Part shown: positions 19,619 through 29,562 of the stretch, piece after piece
Position numbering within the stretch: the stretch's first letter is position 1
Layout: each line of letters starts with the position of its first letter
Assembly (NCBI GenBank): GCA_965216785.1
Contig: OZ244197.1
Location: 2,112,001-2,176,000 of the forward strand
Direction of reading: 5' to 3'
Source of the DNA: Thermodesulfobacteriota bacterium
Lineage (GTDB): Bacteria; Desulfobacterota_D; UBA1144; Nemesobacterales; UBA2774
DNA: 64,000 nucleotides
Translations under genes and position numbers: made by a program
The notes under the pieces: generated by a model
The model's input: only the letters and a program-made list of their open reading frames with translations
Told to the model about the DNA's origin: nothing
Database searches by the model: none

Positions 19619-21127
19619 ATGACAAAGAGAGCGGAAAAACGCGGCTCGGGGCGGGTCATATACGCTGCGATGGCTATAATCGCTGTATTGTGCGTTGTCG
19701 CCGCGGTCCTGCTGTACAATGTTTCAAAGTTTAAACACGAAGCGGCAGAAATCCCCCCGGCTGGGGAGATGGAAATAGATAAAGCCGGAGCGGCCGAGCG
19801 GCTCGCGGGCGCCCTCCGCTTTCAGACCGTATCTCATCAGGACCCGGAAAGATTTGCGCCAGAGGAGTTTCTGGCGCTTCAAAATTATCTTGAGCGGAAC
19901 TTCCCGCAGACCCATAAAACTCTATCAAAGGAAACAGTCAGCGACTACAGTCTTGTGTATAAATGGCAGGGCAGTGACGAGTCTAAAAAGCCCATTATGC
20001 TGATGGGTCATCAGGACGTTGTACCCGTGATCGAGGGTACGGAAGAGGAGTGGACGTACCCTCCGTTTCAGGGGGTAGTGGCTGACGGTTACATTTGGGG
20101 CAGGGGGGCGCTTGATAACAAGTCCGGCGTGACGGGGATACTGGAGGCGGTCGAGATGCTCGCCGGCGAGGGTTTTGCGCCTGAACGGACAGTTTACATC
20201 ACCTTCGGTCACGATGAGGAAGTGAGCGGTAAGAACGGGGCGATTAAGATGGCGGAGCTCTTTGCGTCCAGAGGAGTGGAGTTTGAATATGTACTGGACG
20301 AGGGCGGGTTCATAACGATCGACATGATATCCGGGGTACAGGGGCCTGTGGCGCTCATAGGGATTGCAGAAAAGGGCTACCTGACGCTAGAGCTTACGGT
20401 GGAGTCCGAGGGAGGGCACTCCTCTATACCCCCGCCGAACACGGCGGCGGGAATACTGAGCAGGGCAGTGGTGAAGCTCGAAGAAAACCCCTTTCCCCCG
20501 AGGCTCGACGGCGCGGCGTATGAGATGTTTATGAACGTAGCCCCAGCCATGCCTTTTGTTAACCGCATGGCGCTTGCGAATCTCTGGCTTACTAAGCCCC
20601 TGGTGATGGGGGAGATTACGGATAACAAATACTCAAACGCTATGGTACGCACAACTACAGCCGCCACAATGTTAAAGGGAAGTGATAAAGAGAACGTACT
20701 GCCTATACTCGCTACAGCGGTGGTGAATTTCCGCATCCTGCCCGGTGATAGCGCGGAGGGGGTAATTAGAAAAGTGGAGAGGATCATTGACGATCCGCGA
20801 GTTAAAGTACGTACGCTCGGGAAAGTGAGCGAGCCTTCCAAGGTGTCGGATACGGACACGCCGTTTTACAGAGCGCTTAAGAAATCTATCCTTCAGGCTT
20901 CGCCCGAAAACCCGCCCATAGTCGCGCCCTATCTTCTGATGGCCGCGACTGATTCGAGGCACTATAAAGCGCTCGCCGGCAACACGTACCGGTTCCTCGG
21001 ATATACCCTGCCCCCTGAAGACATGAAGGGGTTTCACGGGACGGACGAGAGGCTTGCAACAGATGAGTACGTGCGTGCAATTAAGACCTATTACCTACTA
21101 CTTAAGAATTTAAACAAAGGCTCTTAG
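19619..21127 (+). CDS. M20 family peptidase (PM20D1/CPS-like), N-terminal TM anchor
   Basis: GHQDVVP, GRGALDNK, GHDEE, DEGG, GGHSS, FHG.DER. Confidence 0.92.
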   Translation: MTKRAEKRGSGRVIYAAMAIIAVLCVVAAVLLYNVSKFKHEAAEIPPAGEMEIDKAGAAERLAGALRFQTVSHQDPERFAPEEFLALQNYLERNFPQTHKTLSKETVSDYSLVYKWQGSDESKKPIMLMGHQDVVPVIEGTEEEWTYPPFQGVVADGYIWGRGALDNKSGVTGILEAVEMLAGEGFAPERTVYITFGHDEEVSGKNGAIKMAELFASRGVEFEYVLDEGGFITIDMISGVQGPVALIGIAEKGYLTLELTVESEGGHSSIPPPNTAAGILSRAVVKLEENPFPPRLDGAAYEMFMNVAPAMPFVNRMALANLWLTKPLVMGEITDNKYSNAMVRTTTAATMLKGSDKENVLPILATAVVNFRILPGDSAEGVIRKVERIIDDPRVKVRTLGKVSEPSKVSDTDTPFYRALKKSILQASPENPPIVAPYLLMAATDSRHYKALAGNTYRFLGYTLPPEDMKGFHGTDERLATDEYVRAIKTYYLLLKNLNKGS

Positions 21128-21216
21128 ACTAAGAGACTTTCAAGATTCTATAAAAGCATTGGCACCTGGCTCCTTTCTATAGTACTATGGGAAGTACTAC
21201 TCAGGAGGTGCATGAT

Positions 21217-21546
21217 ATGAGGTCTCTAATGTTCTCTGTAATTTTATTACTCGTCGTGGCCGGTTTTCTGGGTTCTGCGTGCGGTAAAGACGAGCCTGAA
21301 ACTCTGAAGCCGGGAATTTGCGGCACGATTGCGGAAATCACATGTCCTGAGGGGCAGTTCTGTGAATTCGAGCAAGGTAATTGCGGCGTAGCCGACCTTG
21401 AGGGCTTTTGTTTAGAGAAGCCAGGGAATTGCACCCAGGATTACGTACCTGTTTGCGGCTGTGACGGTAAGACGTACGGGAACGACTGCAATAGGCAGAT
21501 TGCAGGTGTGCAGAAAGACCACGACGGTGAGTGCGCGAAGAAGTAG
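21217..21546 (+). CDS. Kazal-type inhibitor domain lipoprotein
   Basis: Lipobox GSAC; CTQDYVPVCGCDGKTYGNDC. Confidence 0.85.
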   Translation: MRSLMFSVILLLVVAGFLGSACGKDEPETLKPGICGTIAEITCPEGQFCEFEQGNCGVADLEGFCLEKPGNCTQDYVPVCGCDGKTYGNDCNRQIAGVQKDHDGECAKK

Positions 21547-21731
21547 GATAAAATTGTGCTGGGTTATTGGGGATTGCCGCAGTCGCTGTGCTCCTTCGCA
21601 ATGACAGCTTTTGACTAATTTCTCTCAATCTCCCTTTGCAAAAGGGAGAAGTCCGGTGTTTGACGCTTCGTTTTACCCGGGGTGTTTTGATTAAATAGTG
21701 CCTGGATTGCCGGAAATTATATTTCCATCAA

Positions 21732-22022
21732 TTACTGATATTCCGGCGGTAGCTGCTCATTCGCGAGGCATTCCACCGGGCATTTCGATAGTGAAAGCAG
21801 ATCCACGATCTCGGTTTCCTGGCAGGTGATGGGGTCGCTTGTGAACGTTACCTTGTCGGCAACCTGTATGTCGGCGCAATCGGCGAGCTTCTTATAGGGT
21901 TTTTGGCCTATGAGAATGTAGGGGCCTTTAATAGCTGTAACTGTATATTCTGACTGGTCTTGGGCAAAGGAGCTTACGGATAGGGCTGAAATCAGAAAAA
22001 GCGCTGCTAGTAATGTTTTCAC
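21732..22022 (-). CDS. Small secreted hypothetical protein
   Basis: GGAGG RBS, signal peptide, 4 Cys. Confidence 0.7.
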   Translation of the reverse strand: MKTLLAALFLISALSVSSFAQDQSEYTVTAIKGPYILIGQKPYKKLADCADIQVADKVTFTSDPITCQETEIVDLLSLSKCPVECLANEQLPPEYQ

Positions 22023-22144
22023 GTGCGTATCCTCCGGTTACTGAGCTTTTAGGGATTATACTCAAATCTCCGTACAAGCTCAATCTAATATTACCAAGCG
22101 CTATTATGTGGTACTAATGATATTGAGCCTATGGAAGCGCAGTG

Positions 22145-22618
22145 CTAAGCCGAGTCTCTAAGCCCGCTTGCCTGTATGCGCTCTATAAAATTCCTGAACT
22201 CGTTCAGCTCTTTTTTGTTGTACTTGCAGAGAAAATTCTCTCTTACCACTTTTTCATAGACCTGCCACATCTGCCGGCGGAGCTTTTTGCCCTTCTCCGT
22301 AATGCAGGCGAACACTCCCCTGCCGTCCATGGGGCATTGCGAGCGGCTTACCAGGCCTTCCTTCTCCAGTCTCTGGACCAGTCTGGTTACGTTGTGTTTG
22401 TCGAGAATAACTTTCTTGCCGATATCGTTCAGTCTCAGGCTCCCGTCCTCCGCGCTTTCGAGCTCCCAGAGTATGTCGTACCAGCTAAGCTGGGGGAATC
22501 CGGCTTTCTTTAGCTCTTCTTCCACTCTATCCAGTAAGTGCTGCTGGGCTTTTACGAGCCCAATCCACGCCTGTGTCTCAGTCTCCGTCCATTTTGCCGT
22601 GCTGCTTTTCTTCTTCAT
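22145..22618 (-). CDS. MarR family regulator (start revised to MKKKSS)
   Basis: WYDIL..L, VTRLV.RLEKEGLV.R....DGRG motif; AAGGAGG RBS. Confidence 0.92.
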   Translation of the reverse strand: MKKKSSTAKWTETETQAWIGLVKAQQHLLDRVEEELKKAGFPQLSWYDILWELESAEDGSLRLNDIGKKVILDKHNVTRLVQRLEKEGLVSRSQCPMDGRGVFACITEKGKKLRRQMWQVYEKVVRENFLCKYNKKELNEFRNFIERIQASGLRDSA

Positions 22619-22653
22619 GTACGCCCTCCTTACCGCTAATATAATACATCTAG

Positions 22654-22707
22654 GTTGCAATTGCAACTAGTTTGTGCTATTCTCCTATATAGTTGCACTT
22701 GCAACTA
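22654..22707. promoter_or_regulatory. Two palindromic operators GTTGCA-N2-TGCAAC in the divergent promoter
   Basis: GTTGCAATTGCAAC (22654-22667) and TAGTTGCACTTGCAACTA (22690-22707). Confidence 0.8.
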
Positions 22708-22744
22708 GTATGGATTCAAAAATATTCTAAGGAGGTTTTCTCAC

Positions 22745-23077
22745 ATGAGAAGAATTACAAGAGACGAGCTGAGGGACAAGCTTGAGAGCGGGCACGCGTT
22801 TACATTGGTAGAGGCGCTGCCCGAGAAATACTGGCAGAGCACTCACCTGCCGGGCGCGCTGCAGATGGACTATACGGAGGTAAGGGAGAGGGCGCAAAGC
22901 GTGCTGCCGGACAAAAACGCTCCGGTTGTTGTGTACTGCGCGAGCAGGGAGTGCAAAAACTCATCCAAGGCCGCACGCGCGCTAGAGTCGCTCGGGTACA
23001 GCGATGTTTATGAGTATGAAGAAGGTAAAGAGCACTGGATGCAGGCTGGATTGCCGGTAGAGTCGGAGGAGGGATAA
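22745..23077 (+). CDS. Rhodanese-like domain protein
   Basis: HLPGA, VVVYC, Y..GK..W..AGLP. Confidence 0.9.
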   Translation: MRRITRDELRDKLESGHAFTLVEALPEKYWQSTHLPGALQMDYTEVRERAQSVLPDKNAPVVVYCASRECKNSSKAARALESLGYSDVYEYEEGKEHWMQAGLPVESEEG

Positions 23078-23533
23078 ATGTTAGAGAAACTTTTAAGTAC
23101 TAATCCAAGTAATACGGCCGCGCTCGCGGCCCGGGTGTTCCTCGGGGTTGTGATACTGCCGCACGGGCTTCAGAAGCTCCTCGGCATGTTCGGAGGGTAC
23201 GGGTTTTCGGCTACGGTGGAATATTTTTCGGGCATGGGTATCCCTAGTCTGATAGGGGCGCTAATCGTGCTGGGTGAGTCGCTTGGCGCGCTCTTTTTGA
23301 TCCTTGGGTTTCTGAGCCGGCTATCGGCAGCGGGCATCGGGATAATTATGATCGGGGCTATAGTGACGGTTCACGGGCAGAACGGGTTTTTTATGAACTG
23401 GTTCGGCACTCAGGCGGGGGAGGGGTATGAGTATCACCTGCTCGCTCTCGGGCTCGCGGCCTCGCTCGTAATAAGCGGAGGAGGCAGGTTGTCCTTTGAC
23501 AATCTCATAGCTGATCGGCTTGGGAGACAGTGA
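23078..23533 (+). CDS. DoxX family membrane protein
   Basis: HG.QKL.G.FGGYG, GEGYEYHLL. Confidence 0.92.
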   Translation: MLEKLLSTNPSNTAALAARVFLGVVILPHGLQKLLGMFGGYGFSATVEYFSGMGIPSLIGALIVLGESLGALFLILGFLSRLSAAGIGIIMIGAIVTVHGQNGFFMNWFGTQAGEGYEYHLLALGLAASLVISGGGRLSFDNLIADRLGRQ

Positions 23534-23649
23534 GCGGGAAAAAGGGTTGTATATAGAATGTCATAATATCTGACAGCGCGGATTTTCCGGCCGGCTATCG
23601 GGTTTGATATTATCTATTAATATCAATGTCTTATAGATGACTTGCCTGC

Positions 23650-23665
23650 TGGCACAGGTGTTGCA
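23650..23665 (+). promoter_or_regulatory. Sigma-54 promoter
   Basis: TGGCAC-N5-TTGCA upstream of 23724. Confidence 0.8.
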
Positions 23666-23723
23666 ATATATTAAAATAGGGTATCGGTAGGATACTCAAA
23701 TACAGGGTACGGGGGTATTTGAT

Positions 23724-24002
23724 ATGTCAAAATTTGTTGCGGTACATCCAGTAGATCCTCCGGTTAGAATGGAGGATGTAGGTCCAGTGGCGAAGAAAGC
23801 AAAAGCGGGACTTAGCACAGACGCTTACTGGGTAAAGAGCTGGCTTATGTTGAACGACTCGGGAGAGGTCACGGCTATTTACTGTGAGTGGGACGGTAAG
23901 GACAAAGAAGCCGTCAAGAACGCTCTCGAAACCACCATTCCCGAGCTGCCGTTCTCTGAGCTCTCGCAGATGGCGGAGATTCAAAGTGAAGACTTCAGGT
24001 AG
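23724..24002 (+). CDS. Small ferredoxin-like-fold protein (DUF4242/SCO4226-like)
   Basis: F.AVH..W..S....IYCEW....EAV pattern. Confidence 0.65.
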   Translation: MSKFVAVHPVDPPVRMEDVGPVAKKAKAGLSTDAYWVKSWLMLNDSGEVTAIYCEWDGKDKEAVKNALETTIPELPFSELSQMAEIQSEDFR

Positions 24003-24056
24003 TTAACTCTAAGGGCGGGCGGCGTAAGCGCCGCCCGCCCGGTTATATCGATCCAA

Positions 24057-25484
24057 TCATTTAAATATTACGATCGCGGTCAGCGCCAGAAGGTATATGC
24101 CGATCGCAGCCTCAAAGCCTACGAATATCCTTGACCAGCCGACGGGTTTATACTGCACGGGGGTGAGTCTGAAAAACTCCAGCCACTGCCTTGGCTTGAT
24201 TGCGCCGTAGCCGAAGGTGGCCAGCGAGAGCAGACTGAAATAAACGCAGTTTACAAGCCCAGCGCCACTGTCGAATCCAAGCGGCTCCGGGCTGGCCGCG
24301 GCGCCGCCTATCTCTTCCATAATATATGATTTTCTCTCTGCCTTGGGATTACCAGTCTCGGTAACGTAATAAGTCTTTTTAGTCTCATCGCCCTTACTTA
24401 CAAGATAGATTCCCGAGCGTCCGGGAAGTACTGTCTGGAGTGTGTAAATGAGCCCGAATACCAGGATTACGCCGGCGCAGAAAGGGATGAGCCTGAGAGG
24501 TCTTGAGCCGTAGCCGTAAGTCCAGCCAAGGAAAACTTCCCTTAGCATTTTAATCGGCTGGGGGGAGAGCTTTGTTTTAACCACGTTTTCCCTGTAGTGG
24601 AACTCGCTTATGACCTCTTCGTGAAAATGCAGTTTGTAGAGGTTCTTAAGGTCTCTGTAGCGGATGAGCGCGTCTTCGAGGCGGCCATCGAGCTCGTCAT
24701 TAATAATGTAGGGGTTTTGGGCAAGCTCGCTGCCCCATATTATCTGTGACATGTTGCGTGTGCCCTTAAAGTCTATGTCCCACATCTGCCGGGGCTCGAG
24801 CACGGCTCCTGACAGATCGGCGCCGACTAGATTCGCCCCGCTAAGGACCGCGCCGTAGAGCTCCGCGCCTGTGAGATCCGTATAACTGAGATCAGCATCG
24901 GTAAAATTGCCCCCTGTGAGCACCGCGCCCCGCAGATCGGCATGAGCGAGGTTAGCTCCTTTAAGCCTCGCGCCCGTAAAGAGGGCGCCTCTCATATCGG
25001 ACGAGCGCAGATCGGCCTCGTCAAGCACGGCGTCCGCGAGCACAGCGTTTGTGAGGATGGACTCTGTGAGATCGGCTTTCCACAAATTTGTCAGGCTGAG
25101 CATAGCGCCCTGTAGATTGGTATCGGACAAATTGGCCTCCTCAAGGTCCGTACCGTCGAAATTTGCCCATTTTAGGTTCGCGTGGCTAAGGTCCGCTTTG
25201 TTAAGGTCTACATTGCTAAGATCGATCGCTCTCAGATCAAAGCGGTCAGTTGTATTGTCCCAGTCCTCGGTTTCCACGAAGTATGGCATTGGGAGATTAT
25301 TCTGGAGCGCGTAGATAACCTCGTTTACTTCTTCAATGCTCCATCGCCGGGCAAGCTCGAAAGCCTCTTTTACGGATTGCTCTTCCCCGCTGGCTTCTTT
25401 ACTTTCTTCCTGAGCGTGGGAGTGCGGGGTGAATAAGACAAATAGTATGGTAATGAGCAGAGGGAGGAGTTTTGCCGGTCTCAT
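24057..25484 (-). CDS. Pentapeptide-repeat protein with C-terminal 2-TM channel-like domain
   Basis: Long A(D/N)L.. repeat tract; GYG.RP; YFS..S.ATFGYG; signal peptide. Confidence 0.85.
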   Translation of the reverse strand: MRPAKLLPLLITILFVLFTPHSHAQEESKEASGEEQSVKEAFELARRWSIEEVNEVIYALQNNLPMPYFVETEDWDNTTDRFDLRAIDLSNVDLNKADLSHANLKWANFDGTDLEEANLSDTNLQGAMLSLTNLWKADLTESILTNAVLADAVLDEADLRSSDMRGALFTGARLKGANLAHADLRGAVLTGGNFTDADLSYTDLTGAELYGAVLSGANLVGADLSGAVLEPRQMWDIDFKGTRNMSQIIWGSELAQNPYIINDELDGRLEDALIRYRDLKNLYKLHFHEEVISEFHYRENVVKTKLSPQPIKMLREVFLGWTYGYGSRPLRLIPFCAGVILVFGLIYTLQTVLPGRSGIYLVSKGDETKKTYYVTETGNPKAERKSYIMEEIGGAAASPEPLGFDSGAGLVNCVYFSLLSLATFGYGAIKPRQWLEFFRLTPVQYKPVGWSRIFVGFEAAIGIYLLALTAIVIFK

Positions 25485-25639
25485 GATATTAGGAGATTAT
25501 TTAACTCGGGTGAGTAATGCAAGGCGCGGCGCGCGGGAGAGAGCGGCGGTTTCAACTGAGCCGCTATTGTATAATCGCTGATTACTACGTGAATCCGGAT
25601 AGTTCCACTCTGAAATGTGTGCTACACTTTAATATAAAC

Positions 25640-26119
25640 ATGGTTCAAGGCGGATATGTGAGATTTTCAAAGACAGGCCTATTCACATCATTCATACTAC
25701 TACTTTTATTCACCGCTATTTCTTTAGCTGAGGATTTTATTGAAGACCTGATCGATCCCCGTGACCGCATGGAGCGGAGACCTGAAGTCCCTATTGGATA
25801 TGATTTTGAAGACGTTATATTCAACAGGGATTACTTTTATACTGTAACGGAAGGGACAATACAGTTCCGAAACTCCAACAGCGGCCCCTGGAAGTCTCTC
25901 GACCTGAAACTCGGAGTGGCAAAGCCCGGCGACCAAACCCTTAAGGAAGTACCCGCGGAGGATTCCTGGGAGAATGAAGTCGCGCCGGCGACTGTGGAAG
26001 CCCGTCCGTCCGGGCAGTCTTCGGACGGTGTAAGAGAGCAGATAACCAAACCTGAGAAAAAGAAAACCAGGGAAGATGTGCTGCGTGAGCTTCAGCGTAA
26101 GGTTGAGGGCGGGGGGTAG
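25640..26119 (+). CDS. Secreted hypothetical protein (start 25640 or 25658)
   Basis: Signal-peptide-like segment then a charged domain. Confidence 0.6.
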   Translation: MVQGGYVRFSKTGLFTSFILLLLFTAISLAEDFIEDLIDPRDRMERRPEVPIGYDFEDVIFNRDYFYTVTEGTIQFRNSNSGPWKSLDLKLGVAKPGDQTLKEVPAEDSWENEVAPATVEARPSGQSSDGVREQITKPEKKKTREDVLRELQRKVEGGG

Positions 26120-26300
26120 AGACCGGGATGACAAATACTGCAAGAGATAAAACAAAACCCGGCCACACAACATTTTGCGTGAACGGGTTTTTCATATGTT
26201 AGGAACTAGTAGTGCGCATCTGGGACAAACGTCATCTCTCAACCTGAGTATCTTAAACTTTAGAACACCAAATAAGCTTTTAGTAGTTCCGTTTATTTTA

Positions 26301-27011
26301 TTATAGCTGTTTAGAAGATTGTACCCTCGTAATAAGTTTTTTTCTATGGTCGCCGTGTTTTTTATCAACCGTCTTGGCGTGCCACTTGTTAAATTGCTCT
26401 TTGTCCTGAGCGCGCGCGAGCGGCTCGCGCCCTTTCCAGTCATCCGATATCTCGGAAGCTTCTAGAATTTCAATAAATTCCGTCCTTGCTTTTTCCGGGT
26501 CGTCCTCGTTCTTTAGGCTCACCAGCCTTCCGATGAGCTCGTACAGCCTCCAGTTCTCCGAGTTGCCCGGCTCTTTAACCGCTATTGTGAGTATCTCGAT
26601 GCTTTCATTCAGGCTGTCCGTCTTGAACGTAAGAGTCTCTTCGTCCTCGATCTCTATTTCCCTTAGCGCCAGGTGCTCGTAGATCGTTCCGCTCTTACCC
26701 TTATTGAATGTTACATTAGGGTTCTTTACGACAGTTTCCTGCCAGTCCTCCACCTTTAGAGTCTGCGAGTTGTGGGGGGCAACGCGGTAGCGGTGCTTAA
26801 ACACTTTGGGGTGGGGCCAGTGAACGACGCCCGAGTTCTTGTTAACTATCATATTGGTGTCTGACCATACCTCGGGCGAAGGCGTCGCGACTACCTTCTT
26901 GGCCTCTTTGTTGTCGGCAAAGGCAAACGGCGCCCCAGCGCTGTAGACCTTTATCAGACCTGCAGCTCCAACCGACTTTACCAATACGCTAAGAAATTGT
27001 CTTCTTTTCAT
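26301..27011 (-). CDS. Hypothetical protein with twin-arginine signal
   Basis: MKRRQFL..AFA. Confidence 0.7.
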   Translation of the reverse strand: MKRRQFLSVLVKSVGAAGLIKVYSAGAPFAFADNKEAKKVVATPSPEVWSDTNMIVNKNSGVVHWPHPKVFKHRYRVAPHNSQTLKVEDWQETVVKNPNVTFNKGKSGTIYEHLALREIEIEDEETLTFKTDSLNESIEILTIAVKEPGNSENWRLYELIGRLVSLKNEDDPEKARTEFIEILEASEISDDWKGREPLARAQDKEQFNKWHAKTVDKKHGDHRKKLITRVQSSKQL

Positions 27012-27286
27012 CTGTCCACTCTAATATCCGCTAAACCCTTTTCATATATTAATATGATGAGAATTGTGAAGTCAAGAATTTTTTAAAATAGGGGATTTTA
27101 AGTTTTTACCGTTTAGTTAATTCTCACTATATCCGTGCGTACTATGAAGGGGAAGATTGTATTTGTGTAATATAACCCGAATGGGTTTGTTTATATTACA
27201 CAGAATCTGTAGTCAATCTTCTGTGTTTGATGAGTGTTTTATCGTAACCCTCCCAAAAGACTGGATAAAGCAAAATTAGATCAATT

Positions 27287-27302
27287 TGGCACGGGGGTTG
27301 CA
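27287..27302 (+). promoter_or_regulatory. Sigma-54 promoter
   Basis: TGGCAC-GGGGG-TTGCA upstream of 27402. Confidence 0.8.
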
Positions 27303-27401
27303 TTATGAATTGCCAACGGGGCAGAGGCAAGCGTTTTACAGCGATGCCCGCAGGTATAAATACTTAATTCCCCGTAAAAAACAGCAGGAGGTAACAGCTT
27401 T

Positions 27402-27728
27402 ATGAGAATTTCAATTCTTTCATTATTTTTAGCTTTAGCAGTTGTGGTGGCGGGTCCTCTCGCGTTCGCCGGCTCAGACGTTATAGAAGAGCAGGTCACG
27501 GAGCAGGAAACAGCGCCAGGGCCAGAGGCTCTTGAAGAAGTAGCGGACACTACAGCTGAAGAAACACAGACTGTCGTTCAGGAAAAAGTAGACGAGACGC
27601 AGGAAGCGATCGTAGTGGAAGCCGCGGCTGAAGACTGCGCCAACGGGGCTGACGACGACGGCGATGAGAAAGTGGATTGCGACGACTCTGACTGCGCCGG
27701 AGACCCTGGATGTAAAAGCGGTTATTAA
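27402..27728 (+). CDS. Acidic secreted protein with C.NG.DDDGD...DC.D.DC Ca-binding motif
   Basis: AGGAGG RBS, signal peptide, motif. Confidence 0.8.
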   Translation: MRISILSLFLALAVVVAGPLAFAGSDVIEEQVTEQETAPGPEALEEVADTTAEETQTVVQEKVDETQEAIVVEAAAEDCANGADDDGDEKVDCDDSDCAGDPGCKSGY

Positions 27729-27878
27729 TACTCTTAATGTGATTTATTGCTGATACATGGAATAGAGTAGCAAAGGGATTGTCTGGTTAATGAAGCATTC
27801 CTACTCTTCCATCATCCTCAATACCCCGGGCCGCCTAAATGCGGTCCGGGGCTTTTTTTATCTACCCTAGTTTTTTCG

Positions 27879-28313
27879 TCAATCCATCTTAACTGTAACT
27901 CCGGAAGCCCCTAAAGAGACAGAGATACCTTCGCTTGTGGACTTAACTCTCATATAAACATTATTTTGGTTCTTCATGACCACGCCGCCTACGCCGCCGC
28001 CGAGTGTGATGCCGTAGTCCCCGGCTACGTATGTGCCGGCAAACTGCTCTATGTCAAAAAGGTCGTACACCTCTCCGACTGCCGAGACTTTTGATACCCC
28101 GACGCCGCCCACTTTAAGGCCGCTTATTTTGAACGGATAGTTCTCGCCCTCGAACTGAAGGTTACCTTTGCCCCAGCCGCCGCCGATGATGAGCGCGAAC
28201 TCCTTTTCCTCAATCTCTACCGTGCCCGAGGGGACTTTCTCTTCAGCGCCTGCCTGGAACGCTACGAGCGTGATGATTACCGCCAAGAAAAACTTAGTTG
28301 CTTCCCTGATCAT
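27879..28313 (-). CDS. Secreted DUF1134/EipA-like protein
   Basis: GG.WG.G.L, GEVY.L....F.GTY, M.NQ..V pattern; AAGGAGG RBS before MIREA. Confidence 0.7.
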   Translation of the reverse strand: MIREATKFFLAVIITLVAFQAGAEEKVPSGTVEIEEKEFALIIGGGWGKGNLQFEGENYPFKISGLKVGGVGVSKVSAVGEVYDLFDIEQFAGTYVAGDYGITLGGGVGGVVMKNQNNVYMRVKSTSEGISVSLGASGVTVKMD

Positions 28314-28471
28314 GTAGTGCCTCCTTGTATTTGTTATCCGCAATTGTACACGGTTTAATCCGCCGCCAGCAAATCGCCTAGCGGTTGATATTATTTCTAA
28401 CATACAATTGGGGTGTTATGAGTGTGTTTTTCAGGAGAATGTCAAATTGTAGATGACTATTATTCTTCCTT

Positions 28472-28635
28472 CTCTTCTTTTGAGTGATCAAAAGAAGCAA
28501 AAATCACCGTCTAGGCAGAAATGACGCTAAAAATTAATTATTCTGGCTAAACCTTATAATTCCACCCCATCCCGTATAAGGTTTTTAACGCCATCCTAAT
28601 TAATTTTCTAAACGCTATTTCTGCATGCCGGAAAC
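28472..28635. repeat. Modular structured interspersed element, copy B (minimal form)
   Basis: Homology to copies A, C, D. Confidence 0.85.
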
Positions 28636-28671
28636 AAGTCACCCTTCGCAGAGCTTCGGGTGATTAAGATA

Positions 28672-29562
28672 TCAAACCGGCCGGGCTTGTTTTCTCCTGA
28701 GAGCAACAAACGCGATTATGCCTATCACACCAGCCATAGCTATAAGTCCCCATTCGCTGAGCGTCGGTATCGGGCGCGGCGCGATCTGGTTTAGGAAAGT
28801 ACATTCGGCTACGGAATTGCCGTTAAGACAGGATATTGAGACGCCGTCCGCGAGTAAGCTCATGTCTACATCACCGGAGATGAGCTCGCAAGAGATTGAA
28901 AGCTCCCATCCGAGCGGTACGTCTTCTGTCACGGTAACGGTATTGCCCTCGGAGATAAATAGCTGCTCTAGAGGGTTCTGAGGATCCGATAGCGTGAATA
29001 CCCCGCTACCGTTTCCGCCGAGAGTGAACTCGAATAAAGTATTGTCCGGAGGCAGCGCGTCATTAACAATATCAATCTGGCAGGACGGCTCGTATTCAAT
29101 AATGCATGAACGGTTGGAATTGCAGCTTTCGTCATTCCACTCGTCGCTTGTCTCAAGACAGTTTTCACAACCCTCTTCACCGTTACAGCCGGAATCGTTG
29201 GGCTCGCCATCTGCCCAGGCGGTAAAGATAAACGGCTCGCCTGTTATCCATTCCCAATCTTCGTCGGGTTGGGCCGCGCCTTCTGCCTGCATTCCGCCTA
29301 ACCAACCGGAGCAGCCAAGATCTTGGTTAATGAAGTTTTGTTCCCCGGCATCGGTAACAGTTGCAAGGTGGCCCCGCATATTCATAAAGACCTGATCGGA
29401 CGCGAAGTCCCTCGCGTCAAACCAGTCGCCGCATCCATCAACACACTCGTAATAATGCCCGTTCGCGGGATTCAGTATAGGCGGCATATTGAAACCCGCA
29501 AATGCGGGCGCCGAGATAAGAAGAACAAATAAAAAGGTAAATATCTTAAATATTCTTTGCAT
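28672..29562 (-). CDS. IPTL-CTERM protein with C-type lectin domain
   Basis: GHLATV, WLGG, W.WITGE, W..GEPND, ENC, WND..C; IPTLSEWG tail. Confidence 0.88.
   Translation of the reverse strand: MQRIFKIFTFLFVLLISAPAFAGFNMPPILNPANGHYYECVDGCGDWFDARDFASDQVFMNMRGHLATVTDAGEQNFINQDLGCSGWLGGMQAEGAAQPDEDWEWITGEPFIFTAWADGEPNDSGCNGEEGCENCLETSDEWNDESCNSNRSCIIEYEPSCQIDIVNDALPPDNTLFEFTLGGNGSGVFTLSDPQNPLEQLFISEGNTVTVTEDVPLGWELSISCELISGDVDMSLLADGVSISCLNGNSVAECTFLNQIAPRPIPTLSEWGLIAMAGVIGIIAFVALRRKQARPV

Noticed and set aside
21160-21176. Sigma-54 promoter before the Kazal gene
   Set aside because: TGGCAC present but no TTGC at -12
22142-22513. 123-aa plus-strand ORF
   Set aside because: Antisense shadow of marR
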